From positions 352,001-416,000 of the forward strand of contig JAYFMW010000006.1 in assembly GCA_042408215.1 (NCBI GenBank): DNA of 64,000 bases. The letters are read 5' to 3'. The notes beneath the pieces are model-generated. The model did not search any database and was not told the origin of the DNA. It was given only the letters and a program-made list of their open reading frames with translations. Source of the DNA: Microcoleus sp. GTDB lineage: Bacteria > Cyanobacteriota > Cyanobacteriia > Cyanobacteriales > Microcoleaceae. Position 1 is the first letter of the stretch; every line of letters starts with the position of its first letter. The position numbers were made by a program, and so were the translations under genes. Below, piece after piece: positions 20,436-30,868 of the stretch.

Positions 20436-23400
20436 CCTTCGTTGTGCAAATTGTAGGGATGGTGGGTTTGGTGGGCTATCTCTCGTATAAAAACGGACAA
20501 CAGGCAGTTGAAGACTTAGCTTATCAGTTAATCGGTGAGGTGAACGGGCGTGTTGAGGAAAATCTGCAAAATTACCTGGATGTCCCCAAGCACATTAATC
20601 AAAGCCATGCAGCAGCCATTCGCACAAGGGTTTTGGACTGGAAAAATTTTTTGACTTTAGAAGGCTACTTCGCACAGCAACTACAAATCTATCCCACGGT
20701 TACTAATATGGCGATCGCCACTGAGCAAAAAGAATTCCTCGCCGTAGAGAAATCATTGGTAAGTGATTCTTTGACGATCCGAGTGATGGACAAATCTACG
20801 GATCGCGCCTTTCACAGCTATGCTGCCGATCGTCAAGGTAAGCGAATTAAGCTAACAAAAGTTAGACATGACTACGATCCGCATCACGATCCACCTAAAG
20901 GTCGTCCCTGGTATCAAGCCACGCAGGAGGCGGGTCAATCAATTTGGCTTCCAGTTGTTAATCTATCACAGGGAGTCGATCGTCCCATATTGACGATTGT
21001 TAACTTTTTGCCGTTTGATGATCCAGATGGCAATTTTCAGGGAGTTTTGGCCGCCGCCTTTTATCTGCCTCACTTTGCTAGTTTTCTAGATAGTTTGGAA
21101 GTTGGACGGACAGGGCAGGTATTCATTATCGATCGCCAAGGGTTACTCATTGCGAGTTCCACAGGCGAGACACCATTTAAGCAAAAAATGGATTCAGATT
21201 ATCTGAAAAATTTGAATCCTCAAGAGTGGAGATTGCTAGCTCAAAACAGTAATAATCCCCTCACTCAGGCCTCCGTGAATTTTCTGTTGACTCAGGTTAA
21301 TAACTTCCCGAAAATTGAGCAAAAGAAAAAATTAGATTTTGACTTTCACCACAATCGCTATTTCTTACAGGTGAGCCCAATCTCGGAAAAATCCGAGTTG
21401 GATTGGTTGATTGTCGCAGTCGTTTCCGAAGCCGACTTCATGACGCAAATCAATGGGAATACTGGCACGACTATCCTGCTGTGTATCGCGGCATTAATCG
21501 GGTCTATAACTATTGGCATTATTACCGCTAGTTGGATTACTAAACCAATTCTTCGCATTTAAATACTGCTGCCAAAGATATTGCTAAGGGAGAGTGGGAT
21601 CAACCTTTAGAAATTAAGCGCGCTGATGAATTGGGACAATTAGCAAAGACGTTTAATCAGATGTCGGCTCAACTGCAACAATCCTTTGGCGAACTTCAAT
21701 CCTTGAATGAAGCCTTAGTGCAGAGCGAGAGCAAACTGAATCAAATTCTGGAAGCGATGCCAGTGGGGGTAGCAGTTCACGATCTTACTGGACAAATAAT
21801 CTACGTCAATCAGATCGCCAAACAGTTACTGGAAATCAACGAAACTGTACCGGAAGCTAAAACCGAGCAATTGGCAGCGACTTATCACATTTATCTGGCA
21901 GAAACCGAGCTATTCTATCCGGCAGAAAATCTGCCAATTGTGCGTTCTCTTAAGGGCGAACGGGTGAGGGTTGATGACCTGGAAATTCGTTGGCAGGAGC
22001 AGATATTTTCCGCAGAAGTCTACAGTAGGCCGCTGTTCGATGAAAAAGGGGAAATTGTCGGAGCAATTGCCGCTTTTGCTGACATCACAGAACGCAAACA
22101 AGCTGAAAAAATCTTAGCCGATTACAATCGCACCTTAGAAGCCAAAGTTACAGAACGCACTGCCGAGTTAGCCCGGACTAACTCTCAATTAGAAGAGGAA
22201 ATTTGCGATCGCAAACAAGCAGAAATCTCCCTGGAAGCAGCCAAAGAAGCCGCCGAAGCCGCATCCCTTGCCAAAAGCACATTTTTAGCAAATATGAGCC
22301 ACGAACTGCGAACTCCCCTCAACGGCATTATGGGCTACGCGCAAATCCTGCAACGAGACAAAAACTGCAACTCCCAGCAACACAAAGATGTTGATATTAT
22401 CTACCAGTGCAGCGAACATTTACTAACGCTGATTAACGACATTTTAGGCTTGTCTAAAATCGAAGCCAACCAAGTCGAACTTTACCCAGAAACGTTTAAT
22501 TTTTCCGCCTTCCTGCAAGGATTGTCAGAGATTTTCAGCCTCAAAGCACAGCAAAAATCAATTTATTTTGCCTACCCGAATCTTGCTCCACTGCCCAAGA
22601 GGGTGTATGCTGATGAAAAGCGACTGCGCCAAATTTTAATGAACCTGCTTTCCAATGCTATCAAATTTACTGATGTCGGTAGCGTTACTTTCAAAGTGGA
22701 GGTCATTGGTAATAGGTCATCGGTAATAGCTAAGGCGGAAGCAGACACGGAGATACAGAGACATCAAACCACAATAAATCAATCAGAAAATTTCTCTACC
22801 TACCCAAATCTTCCCAATTACCAGCCACCAATTACCAGTCACCAATTACCAATTACCAAAATCCGTTTTCAAATAGAAGATACAGGATTTGGTATCCCAG
22901 CAGAAAACTTAGAAAAAATATTTTTACCCTTCGAGCAAGTGGGAGATGTTTCTCGCCGAACAGAAGGGACTGGGTTGGGATTGGCCATTACTCAGAGGCT
23001 CATCTATTTAATGGAAAGTAAAATTTTTGTCGAGAGCAATCCGGGAGTGGGCAGCAAATTTTGGTTTGATTTTGACTTGCAAGTTGCCTCAGATTTAACA
23101 GATTCAACCCCTGTCAAATCAACGGATATAGCTATCGGCTATCAAGGTAAAAAAACGCAAATCCTGGTAGTCGATGACAACTGGGAAAATGGCTCCGTTA
23201 TCATTAATTTGCTGTCACCACTCGGCTTTGAACTCGCAGAAGCAGCAGACGGAAAAGCAGGTTTAGAAAAAGCTGTTGAATTTCAACCGGATTTGATACT
23301 GTGTGACTTAGTGATGCCTGGGATGGATGGCTTCGGGCTGATCCGACAACTGCGGCAATTACCGGAGTTTCAAAGTACAATTATCATAGCAGTTTCTGCT

Positions 23401-23820
23401 AGTGTCTTTAATGCCGATCGACAAAATTGTTTGGAATCGGGCTACAGCGATTTTCTCGCCAAGCCGATTCAAGTGGCAGAATTGCTAGACAAAATCAAGA
23501 GTTACTTAAATTTGTCATGGATTTACGAACAAGAATCAACCGGGAAAAATTTTACTGCGGCTGTACCTCTAGCTTCTAGCCCACAGGAAATGGCGGTGCC
23601 GCCCAGAGAGGAATTACTTGCCTTGTATAAAGCAGCTAAGGGGTGTTATGTTGAAGATGTCGAGCTGGAAGTCATCCGGCTGAAGCAATTAAACCCGGAA
23701 TATACTTCCTTTATTGCCAAGGTGCTGGAAATGTCCGAAGATTTTGAGTATCAAGCAATTGTCAAGCTAATCGAGCGATATTCATAGCAGAAGAAATCAG
23801 GGAAAAAAGGATGAAAAACT

Positions 23821-24263
23821 TACAGCGTATTCCAGGTTTATGAAGTGTAGTAGGGACACGGCTCTTGGAGTGTCCCTACGGGGATCGCTCGCTTTTACCT
23901 AAGTCTAGATCCCCCTAAATCCCCCTTAAGAAGGGGGACTTTGAAAAGACTCCTGTCCCACCCCCTACTCCCCTTCTTAAGGGGGGCTAGAGCGTGTTTT
24001 CAAACTCTCCAATCAGATTCAGAACCCCCTAAATCCCCCTTAAAAAGTGGGACGCAAGAATACTCTTGTCCCCCCCTTAAGAAGGGGGGTTAGGGGGGAT
24101 CTCCGGGTTTGAAAACACGCCCTAGGGGGTATCTAGATTTAATAGTCAAACAACAGTCTATGACTGGGTTTGACCTTAAGTTGACACCTATGGGCACGCT
24201 TGAGTGTCCCTACGGGGAGCGCTCCCTAGGCGGGTGTACTTCATAAACGTGGAATCTGCTGTA
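23821..24263. mobile_element. Nested MITE, copy A
   Basis: Outer TIR TACAGC..CAGGTTTATGAAGT / ACTTCATAAAC..GCTGTA; contains G/C-run palindromes and an inner element at 23991-24121 (AGCGTGTTTTCAAAC TIR, CTAG duplication). Confidence 0.85.
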
Positions 24264-24264
24264 T

Positions 24265-25242
24265 CTAATTTTGCGGAATAATCTGCTGTTTAAACTCAAA
24301 TACATTAGGATTTATTGGATCGTAAAAAGCCCGCAACCAATGAACATTTGGAGAACCAAAAGTTTCAACTCTGGTAAAATTTTTCAGTCGGGGAAGTTGA
24401 GTTTCGTCTGTAAAACGGGGTAAAGGTTTATCGATGCGGAAGTAGTGAGTATCCCCGTGAACGAACACGACTTGACCTTGAAAATTGCGCGTTTCCGTTT
24501 CCAGAGTTGCGATAAAATCGTTGTAGCCACTTCTTTTTTTGTCCGCCGGATCGAGTTCAAATCCCGGATTTGCCTGGGCGATTAACATAATTCCTTTGCT
24601 GTTGTTGTGCTTTGCTAAAGCAAAAGATTCTTTAATCCAGGCTAAGTTAGCTGAATTGCGATCGGCATATTCGCGATCGGCATCAAGAGTACGGCCAAAA
24701 TTGTTGTTACTTCCCGGCATATTAATCGCAAAAAACACAACTCCATGATAAATCCAGCGAACATTTTCGCGGAACTTAGCAAACTGCGGATTCTCGCTTT
24801 GACGAGTCAGAATCAAGGTGCGCTTTCCCAAACTGCGATCGCCCTGGTTAAATATTTCCCGCAGTTTAGCAAGTCTTGCTACCGGATCGTAACCGCCATT
24901 ATTTGAGCGGTAACAATCCGTCCAGTCATTATCGCCGTAAACTAGAATAAATGGCATCTCAAAATTTTGAAATAACTGCTTCCGGCTGGCAAAAGTTGAA
25001 TCATCGCAGAGACTAGAACCATTTTTGATATCGCCATCATGGACAACAAAAGCTGAGGGCGATCGATTGATATCCGCAATCAAACTCGGAAACTTTGCTT
25101 CCTGTGCGGCACTGTAAGGCAAATCCCCAATTAAAGCAAATTCAAAAGGGCGATCGGCAGAATCTAGAGCATAAGTCAAAGTACCTAAACCTATAACCGA
25201 TGCAAAGATCATAAATCCAATAATCAAATACTTGTTAATCAT
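24265..25242 (-). CDS. Secreted calcineurin-like metallophosphoesterase
   Basis: IGDLPY, VHDGDI, GDNDW, VHGDTH; N-terminal signal/TM segment. Confidence 0.8.
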   Translation of the reverse strand: MINKYLIIGFMIFASVIGLGTLTYALDSADRPFEFALIGDLPYSAAQEAKFPSLIADINRSPSAFVVHDGDIKNGSSLCDDSTFASRKQLFQNFEMPFILVYGDNDWTDCYRSNNGGYDPVARLAKLREIFNQGDRSLGKRTLILTRQSENPQFAKFRENVRWIYHGVVFFAINMPGSNNNFGRTLDADREYADRNSANLAWIKESFALAKHNNSKGIMLIAQANPGFELDPADKKRSGYNDFIATLETETRNFQGQVVFVHGDTHYFRIDKPLPRFTDETQLPRLKNFTRVETFGSPNVHWLRAFYDPINPNVFEFKQQIIPQN

Positions 25243-25413
25243 GCCTTCTCCTGTAGCCAGCCAGCCATCAATATCCTAACAGGACTTGCGAACATCTCCG
25301 TTTTATTCTTTTCCTCTGTGTTCTCTGCGTTCTCTGTGGTTCATAAAAAAAAATCCGCATAAAATGCGATTATTGATGATACCATAAACCGGATAAATTA
25401 CTATAGATAAATT

Positions 25414-26612
25414 ATGAAAATTCGCCAGACACTCTCAGTAATAGCTGCATTTTTAATGGCTAGCTGCAATATCCAACCCCAAAAAATCAACCAGCAAATT
25501 AACACGCAGCGTACTGAAAGTCAAGCCGCAGTTCCCATCAAACCAAAGCCAGAAATCACAGAGGCAAAATTAATCGCTGTCGGCGACATTATGATGCACA
25601 GCACTCAAACGCGATCGGGCTACGATGCGAAAAGCCAAACATACAACTTTGACAGTTTTTTCACACCAGTCAAAGACATGCTGTCAAAAGGCGATTGGGT
25701 AATCGGAAATCTCGAAACACCTTTAGCCGGCGAAGATGCCGGCGGATATACCGGATATCCGCTATTTAACGCACCGGCTCAATTAGTCGATGCCGCTAAA
25801 AAAGCCGGATTTAATATCTTGACAACCGCGAACAATCATGCTTTAGACCGGGGAGAAACAGGCGCGATCGGGACGATCGCCAATCTGAGCGATCGCCAAA
25901 TTGCGTCCACAGGAACAGCCAGATCTGCTGCGGCAGGCTTCGACGACCTTTAATCAGCACCAAAAACAACATTTCCCTAGCCATTCTCGCTTACACCTAC
26001 GGCACAAACGGCATTCCCATACCCAAAGGCAAAGACTATTTAGTTTCGCTAATCGACGAAAAAAAGATAGTCAAAGATATTGCCAAAGCCAGAAAAAAAG
26101 GAGCCGATGTTGTCGCAATTTCCCTGCATTTTGGCGAAGAATATCAGCGACAGCCAAACACCCAACAAAAGCAATTAGTTAAAAACCTCTTAAAAGCAGG
26201 CGCTGACATCATTCTCGGTAGCCATCCCCACGTCGTTCAACCTTACAAAATATTTAAGTTTCCTGGCAAAAATGGCAAAATCAGAAAAGCAGTAGCAATT
26301 TATTCTATGGGAAACTTCATTTCCGGTCAGACGAAAGATTATACAGACTTAGGCGTAATTTTCCAAGTAAATATTCGCAAAAAATTTCCCGAAAAAACCA
26401 CAGAAATTACTGGCATAAAAACCATTCCGACTTGGGTACATCGCTATAGCCAGAATAATCAAGTAAAATATCGAGTTTTGCCATTAGAAACAACTGTCAC
26501 CCAGAAAAAAGATGCACTGTTAGCAACTTCGCAGTATCCAGTTTTAGAAACATACTTGCAAAAGATGAACAAGCATCTTAACACTTTGAACAACGAGAAT
26601 AAAAACAAATAA
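25414..26612 (+). pseudogene. CapA (PGA_cap) family lipoprotein, frameshifted at about 25935-25950
   Basis: VGDIMMH, GNLETP, TANNHALD, then a new frame LISTKNNISLAILAYTYGTNG..SLHFGEEY..GSHPHVVQP..YSMGNF. Confidence 0.85.
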
Positions 26613-26765
26613 TCAGAGCAAAATCCCTGACATCGGAATTATAAACAGGAGAGAGCGTCCCCCTCGCACAGAACTCCGAAAAATATGATTCCGATGCAAG
26701 CAGCGCGTATATACATATCTTCTTCTCCCTCTTCCTTCGCGTCCTTCGCGTCTTCGCGGTTCGTT

Positions 26766-27641
26766 TTAATTCAACTGCTGAATTAACCAAGCGATCGCCC
26801 CTTCAACATCAGCAACCTGCTCAACATCCGGTATCGGCGGCCGCTGCACCATCACAACCGGAATTCCCTGTTCCCTAGCCGCCACAATTTTAGCATAAGT
26901 AGCATCGCCACCGCTGTTTTTACTAACAATTGTATCTATCTGATATTCCCTGAGCAATTGCCGCTCATTTTCTAAAGTAAAAGGGCCTCTATCTAATAGC
27001 AATTTGCCCTTGGGAACGGGAGTATTGAGTGCCGGAGGGTCGATCGCGCGCATCAAACACCAAATCGACTCCAAACCAGCAAAGGCAGCCAATTCCTGTC
27101 TCCCAATGGTCAGAAACACGCGCTGAAACTGCCCTGATAACTGAGATATTGTACCATTCTCAATCAGCCCTTTATGAACAGGCAAGATGCCTGTTCCACA
27201 ATCAAATTCATCTTTTGTGGAACGGGCATCTTGCCCGTTTTTGAGAATGGTGCAAGATATGAGTGATAAGGCTTTTGCAGCCTCCGAGTGGCTGGCGACT
27301 TCAATCCAGCGATCGCCCTCCACAGCCTCCCAAGCTGGACGTACTAGCATCAAATGTGGCACTTGACATTGCGCCGCCGCCGCAGCATTGAACGAAATTC
27401 GAGCCGCAAACGGATGAGTCGCATCAATCAACAAGTCGATCGCGCGATCGAGCAAATACGCAGCCAATCCAGCAGCACCCCCAAACCCACCAATTCGCAC
27501 CGTACCCGTTTTTGGGGTAGAAGGCTGTTTAGTGCATCCTGCTAGCGAAGTAATCACCTCAAGATCGGCGATTTGAGAAGCCCTGACAGCTAGTTCAGCA
27601 GCATCCCCCGTTCCGCCCAAAATTAGCAAGCGTTTTTTCAT
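26766..27641 (-). CDS. cobK: Precorrin-6A/cobalt-precorrin-6A reductase with an in-frame 43-aa MITE insertion
   Basis: LILGGTGDA, GGFGG, IDATHPFA, FLTIG, RGPF, SKNSGG, KIVAA. Confidence 0.93.
   Translation of the reverse strand: MKKRLLILGGTGDAAELAVRASQIADLEVITSLAGCTKQPSTPKTGTVRIGGFGGAAGLAAYLLDRAIDLLIDATHPFAARISFNAAAAAQCQVPHLMLVRPAWEAVEGDRWIEVASHSEAAKALSLISCTILKNGQDARSTKDEFDCGTGILPVHKGLIENGTISQLSGQFQRVFLTIGRQELAAFAGLESIWCLMRAIDPPALNTPVPKGKLLLDRGPFTLENERQLLREYQIDTIVSKNSGGDATYAKIVAAREQGIPVVMVQRPPIPDVEQVADVEGAIAWLIQQLN
27141..27263. mobile_element. 123-bp MITE inside cobK
   Basis: 23-bp TIR (19/23 match), flanking TGATAA direct repeats (27135-40, 27264-69), internal GGCAAGATGCC hairpins. Confidence 0.85.
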
Positions 27642-27664
27642 AAAATTATGTTTTTAGGTTAATA

Positions 27665-28516
27665 ATGTATGCAGTAAAGTTTAAACTGCCCACAGCTATG
27701 ATGCGTTCAATCTTGACATTTTTTACAGTATTAATTGTAACCGGGTTAGTTTGGTTAGGAAATATCACGCCCGCCAGAGCACAAGTTGAGACAACAAATA
27801 TTACCCCTCCTCAACAGGAATTAGGAGAACTCGTTCAAAAAGCTTTTGAAGCTACAAACGAAGGCAAATTTCCCATCGCTGAAAGTTTTTGGACTCAGAT
27901 CATTGAAAAGTTCCCCGATCAAGCCGCCGCTTGGAGCAACCGGGGCAATTCTAGAGTCAGCCAAAACAACCTCACAGCAGCAATTTCCGACTACGAAAAA
28001 GCAATGGAATTAGCTCCAGATGCTCCCGATCCCTACTTAAATCGCGGCACAGCATTAGAAGGTTTAGGACGCTGGTCAGAAGCGATCGCCGACTACAACC
28101 GCGTGCTAGAATTAGACCCAAAAGATCCAGCAGCCTACAACAACCGAGGCAATGCCGAAGCCGGTTTAGGAAAATGGTCAGAAGCGATCGCCGACTACAG
28201 CAAAGCCTTTGAATTAGCGCCCGAATACGCCTTTGCGCGCGCCAACCACGCCCTCGCACTTTATCAAAACGGGCAAACCAAAGAAGCTATTCGCAACATG
28301 AAAAACATTGTCCGCAGATACCCTCAATTTGCCGACATGAGAGCCGCCCTCACCGCCTGTCTTTGGGAAGCCGGAAATCGCGGCGAAGCTGAGAGCAATT
28401 GGGTAGCCGCAGTCGGCCTCGATTCCCGCTACAAAGACCTCGATTGGGTTGCTAATACCCGTCGCTGGCCACCTGTTGCAGTTAGCGCTTTAGATAAGTT
28501 TTTGCACTTGCAATAA
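27665..28516 (+). CDS. TPR-repeat protein
   Basis: Repeated AWSNRGN / PYLNRG / AYNNRGN..AIADY..A.EL.P units. Confidence 0.9.
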   Translation: MYAVKFKLPTAMMRSILTFFTVLIVTGLVWLGNITPARAQVETTNITPPQQELGELVQKAFEATNEGKFPIAESFWTQIIEKFPDQAAAWSNRGNSRVSQNNLTAAISDYEKAMELAPDAPDPYLNRGTALEGLGRWSEAIADYNRVLELDPKDPAAYNNRGNAEAGLGKWSEAIADYSKAFELAPEYAFARANHALALYQNGQTKEAIRNMKNIVRRYPQFADMRAALTACLWEAGNRGEAESNWVAAVGLDSRYKDLDWVANTRRWPPVAVSALDKFLHLQ

Positions 28517-28631
28517 GTCTGTAAGCTGCGGCAAAAAATAATCAGATATTATGGGAGTTTGTAGGGCGGGTAAGGCACGGATCTATAGTAAGAACGAGTT
28601 GCTCGTTGTACTCCCCCGCCCTCCCTCGAAG

Positions 28632-28959
28632 ATACAGCAGATTGCAGGTTTATGAAGTACACCCGCCTATCGCTCAATCCCCCTAGGGACACTCCAAGAG
28701 CTCATTGGTGTCAACTTAACGTCAAACGTAGTACCGGTCTGCTGTTTTGACGATTAGGGATCGATCCCCCCTAGCCCCCCTTAAGAAGGGGAGTAGGGGG
28801 TGGGACAGGAATCTTCTCAAAGTCCCCCTTCTTAAGGGGGATTTAGGGGGATCTAGACTGGGGTGAAAGCGAGATTTCTCATGGCTTTCAGGCTTAAGTT
28901 GACACCAATGGGCATTGCCTGGTCCCTACAGCACTTCATAAACCTGGGATACGCTGTAT
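28632..28959. mobile_element. Nested MITE, copy B (inverted)
   Basis: Same outer TIR as copy A; middle shell CATTGGTGTCAACTTAA..TTAAGTTGACACCAATG; G/C-run core. Confidence 0.85.
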
Positions 28960-28967
28960 TTTACCTG

Positions 28968-29204
28968 TCAAAATTCATATTCAAGTTCTCCCGTAACAAT
29001 TTTATCTGTCACTAATTTCCTGTACAACTCCATTTCTTGACAACTCACTTTTCCGTCAGCTAATACCGCTATTTTAATGTCTTCCATTTCTTGCTTGGAT
29101 ATCTTACCGTCAGCCGCAGCCCGATCGATCCTAATTTTGAGCTTGTCTAGTTGCCGAATTTCTTCCGGCGTTGGTTCTTGAGCATTTGGTCGCGAAACTA
29201 ACAT
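28968..29204 (-). CDS. Small hypothetical protein (repeated ADGKIS/ADGKVS motif)
   Basis: AGGAGG RBS upstream; plausible composition. Confidence 0.7.
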   Translation of the reverse strand: MLVSRPNAQEPTPEEIRQLDKLKIRIDRAAADGKISKQEMEDIKIAVLADGKVSCQEMELYRKLVTDKIVTGELEYEF

Positions 29205-29316
29205 AGTTCAGTTCCCTCCTAAATTTTGACCTCGATCCTGTACTATTCTGCAGCACAATATCTTGTCAACTAAAAGATGCAAATCTTGACAAAAGTGAAA
29301 ATGCGCCACAGCTTAC

Positions 29317-30108
29317 CTACTTAACTAAGTCCCAAATCCGTGCCGCTGTCAACTCCTCTACATTCCTGAAAACTGCGATCGCACCAGCATCGATCAGCGC
29401 AGCAGCATAAGCCTCACACCGCACAGCATCATTCAAAACATGAGGTGGCAAAATTCCCATCCCCAGCCAAACCCGCGACGGTTGCAGTTGCCGCGCTTTG
29501 ACAACCGTGTAAATATCAGCAACCGTATCTCCAGCATAAATCACAGGCAAATTTTTTGCTAAACCCTGGAGGTTTTCCAACTGTTCGATGGCGGCAAACA
29601 GTCCAGTCGGATCGGGTTTTCCCGGTGCATCTTCCATCGCCACCAAAACAGGCTGATTCAAGCCAAGTTTCCCAACCAAAACATAAGCAGCCTCATCTCG
29701 CATTGCCCCGCTAAAAAAGCCCCAAGCAACTCCCCCGACAGTTAAACTTTCCAGATAAGCCGGACTTAACAGCAGCGGTTCGTCACAAATGTAACCAGTC
29801 CAATTTTGGTCGTCGGGGCCGCGATAGCGACTTTGGAAAAAAATCACTAATTCGTCATAGTTGAGAGCGAGTTCGCTACGATTCCAGCCGATCCCCTCAA
29901 AATAACGGCAAACTAACTCGAAAGACGCTTGCCAGTCATTATTCCACACTCCCTCAGACTTGAGAGAGTCGATCTCGATCGCACTAGGGCGAAAAGCACC
30001 TCCGGTGTAATACTCCACCGCATCGGCGATCGCCCGCCTGTAAGAACCGGACACATCCCTCACCACACCGTCAATGTCAAAGACTAAAATCGCTCTGTCT
30101 GCCGTCAT
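29317..30108 (-). CDS. HAD-family hydrolase (TIGR01548-like)
   Basis: FDIDGVVRDV, WNNDW, KPDP, GDTVAD. Confidence 0.88.
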   Translation of the reverse strand: MTADRAILVFDIDGVVRDVSGSYRRAIADAVEYYTGGAFRPSAIEIDSLKSEGVWNNDWQASFELVCRYFEGIGWNRSELALNYDELVIFFQSRYRGPDDQNWTGYICDEPLLLSPAYLESLTVGGVAWGFFSGAMRDEAAYVLVGKLGLNQPVLVAMEDAPGKPDPTGLFAAIEQLENLQGLAKNLPVIYAGDTVADIYTVVKARQLQPSRVWLGMGILPPHVLNDAVRCEAYAAALIDAGAIAVFRNVEELTAARIWDLVK

Positions 30109-30295
30109 CAGTTACCCATCCGCAGTTAACAGTCCACATTTTAACTGACCGAAAGCATCCAAGGTACAAAGCCCCCGGATTCCTCAGCCGTCGGAATCCA
30201 AAATCCAAAATCGAAAATCCAAAATCGAAACAGTGTGCTAAACTTAACGATTGTAGAAATTTTTAACAAGTTCGATCGTAACCCTGGAGGTTTGC

Positions 30296-30595
30296 TTGTC
30301 CAAGTTCATCTTAAAAGTTCTCTGGCTAGAAGAGAATGTTGCCCTTGCCGTTGACCAAGTAGTCGGCAAAGGAACTAGCCCGCTGACATCTTACTTTTTC
30401 TGGCCCCGCAAGGATGCGTGGGAAGATCTCAAAAACGAACTCGAAGCCAAACACTGGATTGCCGACAACGATCGCGTCGAAGTCCTCAACCAAGCTACAG
30501 AAGTAATTAACTACTGGCAAGAAGAAGGCAGACGACGCCCGATGGGTGAAGCTCAGTTAAAATTCCCCCAAGTGACTTTTACCGGCAGCAACTAA
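30296..30595 (+). CDS. psrp-3: 30S ribosomal protein PSRP-3 (Ycf65)
   Basis: [41 protein letters not shown]. Confidence 0.93.
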   Translation: MSKFILKVLWLEENVALAVDQVVGKGTSPLTSYFFWPRKDAWEDLKNELEAKHWIADNDRVEVLNQATEVINYWQEEGRRRPMGEAQLKFPQVTFTGSN

Positions 30596-30868
30596 ACCCA
30601 GCTCAGGGGAAATAGTGCGCGAGTTTTGAGTGAGCGAGTCAGCGAGTTTTGAGCTGGGTACTATTTCTCTATCAGTAATGGGGAATAGTTGTGAGTTGGG
30701 AATTGTGAACTGAATACTAATAGTTTTGAGTTGGAATTGGATACTTTTTCTCGTTCGGAATAGAGAACAGTTTAGAATTTTTAATTGTGAACTATTTAAC
30801 TGAAAACTCGCTCACTTAAAACTCAAAACTTTCAATCTTCATCCTTCCTTGAAAAAGCTGCGGAATCT

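Larger units (their letters stand above)
18978..23787 (+). pseudogene. Hybrid sensor histidine kinase (Cache-HAMP-PAS-HisKA-HATPase-REC), split by an IS607-type insertion and a frameshift at about 21556
   Basis: MKIPTF..LPLRTVLIV (18978-19052) rejoins PFVVQIVG (about 20435); KPILR|LNTAAKDIAKGEW is out of frame; FLANMSHELRTPLNG, NLLSNAIKFT, GTGLGL, DLVMP. Confidence 0.88.
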
